Source: Candidatus Hermodarchaeota archaeon
GTDB taxonomy: Archaea; Asgardarchaeota; Lokiarchaeia; Sigyniarchaeales; SOKP01
Assembly (NCBI GenBank): GCA_048885535.1
Contig: JBHLLO010000040.1
Coordinates: 1-25,366, forward strand
DNA: 25,366 nucleotides
Reading direction: 5' to 3'
Part shown: in pieces, positions 18,232 to 25,366 of the stretch
How the letters are laid out: each line of letters begins with the position of its first letter
Position numbering within the stretch: position 1 is the stretch's first letter
Notes under the pieces: model-generated
What the model saw: only the letters and a program-made list of their open reading frames with translations
Told to the model about the DNA's origin: nothing
The model's database searches: none
Program-made: the position numbers and the translations under genes

Positions 18232-18726
18232 ATGTCAATATCAATTGTATTATATGGAGATTTAAAACAAAAAATGCAAAATTATGCTGATAATAATAGC
18301 AATCCATTGATAGTTAATCTTCCATATGAGAAAATAAATAATATTTATGATATTTTAGAGAAGTTAAACATTAAAGAAGATGAGATAAGCCATATATTTG
18401 TAAACCATAATTATTGTGGTCCAGGGATAGAAGTTAAAAATGGAGATAGAGTTGCATTATTTCCAAGAAGAATGAGTATTATGTTTGAAGAAATCCCTCA
18501 CTCAAATTCAATAAGGGTTATAGTAAAGCTTTCTGCCGAATTGAGAGATTATAAAACTGAAATATCTGTGGTGGACATTCCAAAGGGGAGTAATATAGCA
18601 ATGCTTATAAAAAAAATTAATATTCCTTTTAGCAGAGACAAGTTAAATATATTGGTGAATGAAGTTCCTTGCAATGATAGTAAGTATACTTTAAAAGAAC
18701 AAGATGTTATTAAGTTCTTCTTTTAA
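18232..18726 (+). CDS. Tandem MoaD/ThiS-like (ubiquitin-like beta-grasp) protein without C-terminal Gly-Gly
   Basis: Unit 1: ISIVLYGDLK ... IYDILEKLNI ... IFVN ... VKNGDRVALFP. Unit 2: IRVIVKLSAELR ... IPKGSNIAMLIKKINIP ... ILVN ... LKEQDVIKFF. Confidence 0.75.
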   Translation: MSISIVLYGDLKQKMQNYADNNSNPLIVNLPYEKINNIYDILEKLNIKEDEISHIFVNHNYCGPGIEVKNGDRVALFPRRMSIMFEEIPHSNSIRVIVKLSAELRDYKTEISVVDIPKGSNIAMLIKKINIPFSRDKLNILVNEVPCNDSKYTLKEQDVIKFFF

Positions 18727-18788
18727 GTATATCTTGTGTTTTCTTTTTCAAAACTTATTTTTGAAATATTTCTTTAAATTAGATTATA

Positions 18789-19871
18789 ATGGTATTAAAT
18801 TTCTTTACCTTAATTGTAACAATATTTTTTGTTCTAAATGGATTTACTCAACTTTTTTTTGCAATAAAGTTGAGAAAGAAGTTTCATGAAAAACATAATT
18901 TTCAAAATTCAATTTTAATATTTCTCTTATGGATCCTCGCCGGGTTATTATATCCATTTTTTTATTTGAGAGATGACTTCTACATAAGGTGGTTTCAGGC
19001 TTTGTCAATGCAGATTATTTGTATCTATGCCCCACTTCTTATTCTTGGAATATTATTTTACCAATATCAATTTGTCACAAAGAAATATCAAGAAATAAAA
19101 TTGAATAGAACTATTGAAACATTCCAAAACAAGATGATTTTATTATATAATGAGAAATCGAATAATAAGAACTATCCTTTAATTACAGATTTACATAGGA
19201 AGGCTTTTCATCTGATCCCTGCAGTGGTAATTATTTTTTTATGGTTTTTTGCTGTATATTTATGGGATGGACTATGGAATGCAGATCTTTTTTGGGGTAT
19301 AACTGGTGAAGAATATAGTATGTTTTTAATTCTAACAGTTGGATATACAGGTATTATCATATTTGCAGCATTAGATTATATCAGATTGTCTTATATATTT
19401 GAAAGTAAGAGTATTTATCATTTAATGCCGGATAATGTTTCGAATTTGTTAGTAAAGACCTTAAAACCTAGTGAAATCTATGAGTTCACTAAACCAGTTC
19501 CTTTAGTTCTCTCATTTGTTCCAATATTTTTCTTACCAATTAGTATCTTCTCGGCAGCAGCACTGATTTCAACTCTAGGTGATGCTGCAGCTTCTATCTT
19601 TGGGATATGTTTCGGTAAAAAAAATTTTCCAAAATCAAGTAAAAAAACCATAATTGGATACATTGCAGGATTTTTAACTTCATTTTTATGTAGCTTATTT
19701 ACGATATGGCTCTTTGAACCAATAATTCCATTAACAAAAATATTGGTTATCACTATTAGTGGGGCATTAGTTTTCTTAATAGTTGATTTAATGAGTTTAA
19801 AAGTTGATGATAATATTCTAAATCCAATCTTCTGTGGATTAGCCATGTATCTTCTCTATTTATATATTTAA
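18789..19871 (+). CDS. Polytopic CTP-dependent lipid/isoprenol kinase, SEC59/DGK1/VTE5 (dolichol/phytol kinase-like) family
   Basis: DLHRKAFH, LGDAAASIFG, KKTIIG.IAGF and VDDNILNP motifs; about 10 TM helices. Confidence 0.8.
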   Translation: MVLNFFTLIVTIFFVLNGFTQLFFAIKLRKKFHEKHNFQNSILIFLLWILAGLLYPFFYLRDDFYIRWFQALSMQIICIYAPLLILGILFYQYQFVTKKYQEIKLNRTIETFQNKMILLYNEKSNNKNYPLITDLHRKAFHLIPAVVIIFLWFFAVYLWDGLWNADLFWGITGEEYSMFLILTVGYTGIIIFAALDYIRLSYIFESKSIYHLMPDNVSNLLVKTLKPSEIYEFTKPVPLVLSFVPIFFLPISIFSAAALISTLGDAAASIFGICFGKKNFPKSSKKTIIGYIAGFLTSFLCSLFTIWLFEPIIPLTKILVITISGALVFLIVDLMSLKVDDNILNPIFCGLAMYLLYLYI

Positions 19872-19907
19872 GGTTCTTGTGAAAGTTAGTAATAGCATAT
19901 ATTTATT

Positions 19908-22820
19908 CTAAAGAAAAGCATCAATCCTTTTTATACCACGTATTTCATCATAAGATATACCAAGAGCATCCAAAATCTGCTCTAAAGCTGACTGTAAACG
20001 TTCTTTATATTTTTTTGAATCTATATCTTGAAGATTTGCAATTTGTTTTGCTTTAGCTCCAATGTTTCCTCTAGTAAGCACGATACTTATTGTTTCTCCT
20101 TTTTGGTATTTCTTTCCAGTTATTTTTTCTACTTCTAAAGCCGCTTTTACATGCTGAGGAACAACCTTTATGTATTTATTCAAGGGTTTTTGGATTGTCA
20201 TATTTATTGCATAATCATCCAAACTAAAAGTTCCAACTTTTCCAATCTTCTTTAAATTTCCCCTTACAGTTGTTATAATCTCTTGTCTTGCTTTCTTGAA
20301 TTCTTCATTATTTTTGACATTTTTAAGAATTTCTAACAATTCATTAAAAACCTTTTTAATAAATTCTGGAGTATTCCTTTTTTTCGCTACTAATCCTTTT
20401 ACATCAATGTATTTTGTGTCTTTATAAATACCTAAATAATTTTTCTTCCTCTGAGAAAGTGCCAGGAATTGGTAAGTTTTTTCTTCCTCTAGATCTAGAT
20501 CAAGTTCCTTTCTGCTCCAATCAGAGATTTGTTTCATTTGTTGTTTGGAAGGGTTTAATAAAAACACAGAATCCGTATCTCCGTACAATACTTTTACTCC
20601 TAGTTCTTCAGCTTTTTTAATAGTCTGCTTAATAGAATATTGACCTATCCCTGTGGTACTTTCTGCAACTGGTAAGCAGAATAAAGGAAAATTTTGACTT
20701 CCAAAAACCCCGTAGCTTCCATTAATAAAAACTTTAAGTGCTTGTTGAATTGTTTGATAGTAATCTCTCTGTTTTTCGGATAAGGTTTTATCTCCTGATT
20801 TGGGTTTGAAGTATTTGACTCTTATATCACGGAAGAATCCCACTACATAAGCAAATATTCCTGTTTTATGAGTACATATGTAATAGGGAGTACCTTTCAC
20901 AAGATTATCTTCATCATCTTTATGTGGACATAAAACAGTTTCATATGATAAATTATATTCTTTAATTATTGAGGGATAAAGTGAGGAGAAATCCATTACT
21001 ACAACATTAAAATGAATTCCAGGCACCGGTTCTACCACGTAGGCTCCTAAGAATTTTTCATCATCAAATTTAGACATTAATTGACCTCCTTTCTTTGATT
21101 CAGAGATTTCGGCTCTTCTTGGGATAAGAAATCCCTTTCTTCTATGCTCAAAATAGAAGATATTTTGTATCCAGGTTGAAATTTGGCGTCTAACCATTTC
21201 ATGGATGGGCATTTTTGTTATTCGACATAATAGAATTATCAAATTCCAAACTAAAGAATTATTAAATTGGGTCAATTCAAGAGTTAAAATTGAATCTTTG
21301 AGATTATACCAAGAAAGGATATCATATTCCATTTTATGAATATCTTCTTCATGCTCATATTTTTTCCTACCTAATAGCGCTGCACTTATAGCATTAAGCG
21401 AAGAACTTTCATAAGCACCTCCAAATGCATATCCGGAAATACTTCGGTTAAAGAAAAAATTAAACAAATCAATATGAATCCCTTTCCTTAAATCACAATC
21501 TGATTGTGATAAGAGACCAAATCCTCTTTTAACATGGATAGGATTTATGCTTCTTTTTATCTTTAATTTATTTGCTCTATGGAACATATAATTCAAATCA
21601 AAATTATCTCCATTAAATGTGATGATTATTGGGTATTTCCATAAAATCCTAAAAGATTCTTTTAGTAATTCTTTCTCATCTTTAAAATACAGTATCTTAC
21701 CATCAGCGGGAAACTCTTTATGAGGTTTGCGATACGAAAAGTCCTTTCGTTCTAAAACATATACTAATTTAAGTCCATCATTTGAAACAAATGAAACACT
21801 GATTATAGCTTGATTAGCAAGTTGAGGATCTGGTATGATTATATCTTCAGGTCCTAAACTCACTTCAATATCCATTGCCAAGCGTTTAACATCTGGAATG
21901 GGTGTAAGAAAAATATCCAAAAATCTATTTGAAAATTCTTGAATTTCTGGAGATTCATCTTTAAAAAGATTACTCAACTCTTGGATCATTTTCTCAGACT
22001 CTGCTGATTCTTTTTCGAAGCTTACACGCTCTAATTTACCCTTTTTAATTTTATATATCAATCCTGGAATTAATTGTGTATCAAAAATATAATTTAAATG
22101 ATATCTAATATCTGCCTCCCAAGCCTTTATTTCATTTTTTCCTAAAATATTTTTAATATTTAATCCTGATCCACCTATATTTGTGGGAGTTTTACCATAT
22201 ATCTTGGTAATCTTAACTTTATTGTCACTTATTAAATCGTAACGCTCTGTTTCTTCAAATCTTCTGAATCCGTCATATTCAGTCAATTTTTTTTCTATCG
22301 CATGTTCATTAACTCTCTCATCATAATATAAATCATTTAGTTTTGAAACGGGTTCTTTACTTAAACAGTACGGCTCATGTCCAGTTGTATCAATCCATAT
22401 TTTTATATCATCAGAATCTAGATCATAAAATTTACAATATGCTTTATTTTGTCCACCGTCATAATCTACATCGAGTAATAACCCCCTTTCTAAATTTTCC
22501 ACTATTTCACCTTTTTCAATTAAATACCGAATATATTTTGAAGTCATTGATTCACGCAGGACTTTTTCTAATTTTATATTGTCTACTTGCAATCCGATTG
22601 GATCATCGTTTGTTTTAAAAAAAAGTTCCTTAGGTATTGCTTTTATCTCTGGTTCTTCAATTTCTTCTTCTTTAACTTCAACTTTCTGATCTTCTTCTTC
22701 TTTTTCTGCTTCTTTTTTAGTGGATTTCTTTTCTTTTTCTTTATTATCTACAAATGAGAAAAGAGACTTCTGCTTTTGGTCGGAGCTATCCTTTTTTTTC
22801 GATTTTTTCGAATTTGTCAA
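19908..22820 (-). CDS. polB: Family B DNA polymerase, PolB1 type
   Basis: Exo motifs MDIEV, FNGDNFD and YNLKD. Pol motifs DFSSLYPSII, KVFINGSYGVFG, YGDTDS and KKNY. PolB1-type N-domain DTTGHEPYC and WEADIRYH. TTG start; no intein seen. Confidence 0.95.
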   Translation of the reverse strand: MTNSKKSKKKDSSDQKQKSLFSFVDNKEKEKKSTKKEAEKEEEDQKVEVKEEEIEEPEIKAIPKELFFKTNDDPIGLQVDNIKLEKVLRESMTSKYIRYLIEKGEIVENLERGLLLDVDYDGGQNKAYCKFYDLDSDDIKIWIDTTGHEPYCLSKEPVSKLNDLYYDERVNEHAIEKKLTEYDGFRRFEETERYDLISDNKVKITKIYGKTPTNIGGSGLNIKNILGKNEIKAWEADIRYHLNYIFDTQLIPGLIYKIKKGKLERVSFEKESAESEKMIQELSNLFKDESPEIQEFSNRFLDIFLTPIPDVKRLAMDIEVSLGPEDIIIPDPQLANQAIISVSFVSNDGLKLVYVLERKDFSYRKPHKEFPADGKILYFKDEKELLKESFRILWKYPIIITFNGDNFDLNYMFHRANKLKIKRSINPIHVKRGFGLLSQSDCDLRKGIHIDLFNFFFNRSISGYAFGGAYESSSLNAISAALLGRKKYEHEEDIHKMEYDILSWYNLKDSILTLELTQFNNSLVWNLIILLCRITKMPIHEMVRRQISTWIQNIFYFEHRRKGFLIPRRAEISESKKGGQLMSKFDDEKFLGAYVVEPVPGIHFNVVVMDFSSLYPSIIKEYNLSYETVLCPHKDDEDNLVKGTPYYICTHKTGIFAYVVGFFRDIRVKYFKPKSGDKTLSEKQRDYYQTIQQALKVFINGSYGVFGSQNFPLFCLPVAESTTGIGQYSIKQTIKKAEELGVKVLYGDTDSVFLLNPSKQQMKQISDWSRKELDLDLEEEKTYQFLALSQRKKNYLGIYKDTKYIDVKGLVAKKRNTPEFIKKVFNELLEILKNVKNNEEFKKARQEIITTVRGNLKKIGKVGTFSLDDYAINMTIQKPLNKYIKVVPQHVKAALEVEKITGKKYQKGETISIVLTRGNIGAKAKQIANLQDIDSKKYKERLQSALEQILDALGISYDEIRGIKRIDAFL

Positions 22821-23023
22821 TTTGATTACCGCTTAGAATTAAATTTGATTTACTATTTAATATTATTCAAATATTTATTTTATTCTCAACTATTTTTTGT
22901 TTAATAATCTTATAAAGGGAAAAGAATTAATAGTACTCTTATTAAACTAACTTTATTCAAAGAAATTAAAATTTTAACTATTTACTTTTTTTACTGAAAT
23001 AAATTATTAATGTTATTTGAAAA

Positions 23024-23383
23024 TCAATGAATCTTTCTATTTCCTTGAATGATTTTTTTTATCTCTTCTAAGAGGAGTTGTTTTTCAGCAATAAACCAGT
23101 GTAATTTAGATTTCTCAGGGTGTTCAAGGTAAATTAGTTTGGCAAGTTCTTTAATTTCTTCATCTGGAGGTTTAATAACTTCCCCGTTTACATCATCTCT
23201 TATCAATAACACTAAATTATCAGTTTCAAGGGGTTTTATATCAAATCCATTTTTAACATTTTTATTAATTGTTACGCACAATTCTGCAAGAAACCACACA
23301 CTTTTGTCATAATCTTCATCCGATTTATATCTCTGATAAGCTAATATTTCCACATCTTCTTTTGTAAACAATTTCTTAAACAA
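23024..23383 (-). CDS. Hypothetical protein with two DUF2934-like helical repeats
   Basis: EDVEILAYQRY ... VWFLAE and EEIKELAKLIY ... LHWFIAEKQL. TTG start uncertain. Confidence 0.7.
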   Translation of the reverse strand: MFKKLFTKEDVEILAYQRYKSDEDYDKSVWFLAELCVTINKNVKNGFDIKPLETDNLVLLIRDDVNGEVIKPPDEEIKELAKLIYLEHPEKSKLHWFIAEKQLLLEEIKKIIQGNRKIH

Positions 23384-23539
23384 CTCCTTTATTCATATAA
23401 TTTTAGAAGGATATATATTATCAAAAAAGATATTTTTACATTTAATTATTTGTATTCATTTTAAAAAGCTGTCAAAACCAGAAAATTATTCCTTATTTTG
23501 GTTTTTATTCCAGATTTTGGCACTAAATAACTTTCAATA

Positions 23540-23556
23540 AAAAATCTTTTATATAG
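23540..23556 (+). promoter_or_regulatory. Probable BRE-TATA promoter of the GTPase gene
   Basis: AAAAATCTTTTATATAG about 50 nt upstream of the ATG at 23605. Confidence 0.4.
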
Positions 23557-23604
23557 GTTAAGTATAAAATAATTTTATACTAAAAAATTTGGAAAGTTTG
23601 AGGT

Positions 23605-24225
23605 ATGTTAAAGTATAAGATTATTTTAGCTGGAGATAAAAATGTTGGGAAAAGTTCTCTTATAGCAAGATTCTGTGATAATGTTTTTCAAGAAGATATG
23701 AAAGCTACAATTGGTGTGGATTTCAAGAGAAAAGTGATTGATTTAAAAGGTGAACATAAAGAATTTTCTATAGATTTAAATATATGGGACTTTGCTGGTG
23801 AAGAGAAATATCGTACATTATTCCCATCTTATGCAAATGGAGCTGCTGCAGCGTTGATTCTATTTGATACTACTAATAAAAAATCGCTATATGATATAGA
23901 TAACTGGATAAAAATCATTGAGGAAAATGCACTAGAAAATGTAGTAAAAATAATAATTGCAACAAAAATCGATCTAAAAGATGTACGAGAAGTTTCTAAA
24001 AAAGATGCTAAAGATTTCTGTAAAAAGTATGACTGGTGCGAAAATTTCATTAGTACTTCTTCAAAGACTGGGGAAAATGTCGAAGAAGCGTTTTTACATG
24101 TGGCAAGTGAAATTGTAAAAAAAACCCTGCAATTCTGCAAATCTTGTGGAGAAATTTTTAATCGTAAACTGAAGCATTGCCAGTATTGTGGAGAAAAGGT
24201 AGGAATTGAAATCTCGCCTATTTAA
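23605..24225 (+). CDS. Rab-like small GTPase with C-terminal zinc ribbon
   Basis: G1 GDKNVGKS, G2/RabF1 ATIGVDF, G3 WDFAGEE, G4 TKID, G5 TSSKTG; C-terminal CKSC-x10-CQYC. Confidence 0.92.
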   Translation: MLKYKIILAGDKNVGKSSLIARFCDNVFQEDMKATIGVDFKRKVIDLKGEHKEFSIDLNIWDFAGEEKYRTLFPSYANGAAAALILFDTTNKKSLYDIDNWIKIIEENALENVVKIIIATKIDLKDVREVSKKDAKDFCKKYDWCENFISTSSKTGENVEEAFLHVASEIVKKTLQFCKSCGEIFNRKLKHCQYCGEKVGIEISPI

Positions 24226-24231
24226 ACTTCG

Positions 24232-25062
24232 CTATAAATCTTCTTCTTCTCTATTATATAGGGAAGGAGGAGGTTTTGCCTTTTCTAACGGTTTACTTTT
24301 AATTCTATTAATGAATGCTTCGAGTTCCATTTTAGCATTGATTATTGAATTATTTATCTCTTCTTTAACCTCTTTTTCGTCTAAAACAGAGATTCCGTGA
24401 CTAGGATAAAAACTTTTAATCTTTAGCGTATTTAAAATTTCAAGCGAATCTATATACTCAGAGATTGAACCTGATTCGTATATATTTGTTATAGCTCCTT
24501 TATACAAAGTGTCACCAGAGAACAAGTAGTTTTGATAAGGTTCGTATAGACATATACATCCAGAGGTATGTCCTGGAGTCTCAACAACTTTTAGAACTGT
24601 ATTACCTAAATCTATTATATTTCTATCTTCTAACCAAATATTGATACGAAGATCAGTTAAATCTATACCCCATTTTTTACCCTTTGTAATTAATTCGTCA
24701 CTATTATGGATCTTTGCAGCTGCCCATCTATGAGCAGCAAAGGGGCAATGAAAGTAGGCATTAGAACTAATATGATCAAAATGTTCATGGGTGTTAATAA
24801 CTAAGTCAATATCTTCGACTTTTAAACCTATTTCTGTAGTAATTAAATAATTAAAACTGTTGAATTTTGTAATAATTCCTGTATCTATCAAAAGATTTAG
24901 CTCTTCTCCCACAATAAGATAAACATGGCAACCTGCTCCTCCGGAATAAAATTGATATACATTTGGTCTTAATAAGTTTAAGATATATCCATTCTTGGTT
25001 CCATATAAATCATCTTCTTTAATAAGACGGGGTTTAAAATGTTTTGTATTGCTCGGAGTAAT
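24232..25062 (-). CDS. Metallo-beta-lactamase-fold hydrolase; 5' end extends beyond the ORF-track call and the start is unresolved
   Basis: IDTG, THEHFDH, TPGHT, SGDTL and PSHG motifs. The frame stays open upstream of GTG 24912 through RPNVYQFYSGGAGCHVYLIV to a TGA at 25071-25069, with no ATG, GTG or TTG. 25062 is the first ATT. Confidence 0.85.
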   Translation of the reverse strand: MTPSNTKHFKPRLIKEDDLYGTKNGYILNLLRPNVYQFYSGGAGCHVYLIVGEELNLLIDTGIITKFNSFNYLITTEIGLKVEDIDLVINTHEHFDHISSNAYFHCPFAAHRWAAAKIHNSDELITKGKKWGIDLTDLRINIWLEDRNIIDLGNTVLKVVETPGHTSGCICLYEPYQNYLFSGDTLYKGAITNIYESGSISEYIDSLEILNTLKIKSFYPSHGISVLDEKEVKEEINNSIINAKMELEAFINRIKSKPLEKAKPPPSLYNREEEDL

Positions 25063-25263
25063 ATTTCTTCACTTTTCTAAATTAGAATTAAGTATTAAAA
25101 TTAATGAATAAAGTAAAATATAAAAATCAAATTAATATTCGATTCAATGCAAAAATACGCATAACAAAATTATTTTTATACATATTTATTTTAAAAAGCT
25201 GCCAATACCACAAAATTAAAAATCTATTAAATTTTATTATACTTTATAAAGTACCTAATTATT

Positions 25264-25335
25264 GCCTCCGTAGCTTAGCGGTATAGCATTCGACTTGTAA
25301 TCGAAAGGTCGGGGGTTCAAATCCCCCCGGGGGCT
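25264..25335 (+). tRNA. tRNA-Thr (anticodon UGU), no intron, CCA not encoded
   Basis: Acceptor stem GCCTCCG/CGGGGGC; anticodon arm TTCGA-CTTGTAA-TCGAA with TGT at 25296-25298; T arm GGGGG-TTCAAAT-CCCCC; discriminator T. Confidence 0.96.
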
Positions 25336-25366
25336 TTCATTCTAAAATAAATCTCTTTCCACGATT

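Noticed and set aside
18704-18889. 61-aa ORF bridging the Ubl and kinase genes, considered as a frameshift continuation
   Set aside because: It overlaps both genes out of frame, has low-complexity composition and supplies no GG terminus.
10400-19846. Minus-strand ORFs 10400-10678, 11069-11293, 12142-12402, 14516-14788, 16463-16687, 17216-17563, 17765-18037 and 19478-19846
   Set aside because: All lie antisense to supported genes and have the Ser/Phe/Ile-rich composition typical of shadow frames.
23024-23026. TGA stop considered as a selenocysteine codon
   Set aside because: Read-through would add only about 10 low-complexity residues; no redox motif or SECIS-like hairpin was recognised.
20414-24400. 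ORFs 20414-20620, 22343-22618, 23829-24140 and 24206-24400
   Set aside because: Antisense to polB, the GTPase or the MBL gene; no motifs.
25104-25286. 60-aa ORF upstream of the tRNA
   Set aside because: AT-rich promoter DNA that runs into the tRNA; not protein-like.
25264-25366. tRNA as an integration site for a mobile element
   Set aside because: No integrase, and I saw no duplicated tRNA 3' end in the window; sequence to the right is not visible.

Overview
AT-rich archaeal chromosomal segment, most likely from an Asgard archaeon of the Lokiarchaeia/Promethearchaeota type. This assignment is inferred from a Loki-CTERM-type surface protein, a Rab-like GTPase, a TACK/Asgard-type PolB1, archaeal TATA boxes and a CCA-less tRNA. 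The window holds about 21 CDS and one intron-less tRNA-Thr(UGU). Housekeeping-type genes: Mre11/SbcD-like nuclease, PHP-domain membrane protein, epoxide-hydrolase-like enzyme, pncB, a TIGR04076 protein, ADP-forming acyl-CoA synthetase alpha subunit, tetraether lipid synthase (Tes), a CTP-dependent lipid kinase, PolB1 and an MBL hydrolase. Notable items: a giant surface protein with two tandem family-5 solute-binding domains (1608-nt repeat period); a SET/post-SET protein behind a perfect inverted repeat; a HeH-SWIM-OB protein; a small acidic protein ending in a proteasome HbYX-like tail; an unlisted 57-aa four-Cys ORF; a tandem ubiquitin-like protein without GG, lying in a possible lipid gene cluster with tes; a Rab-like GTPase with a zinc ribbon; and an MBL gene with no canonical start that may need a +1 frameshift at UUU-UAA. 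No mobile element, CRISPR array or rRNA was seen. All calls come from motif recognition by eye; no searches were run.
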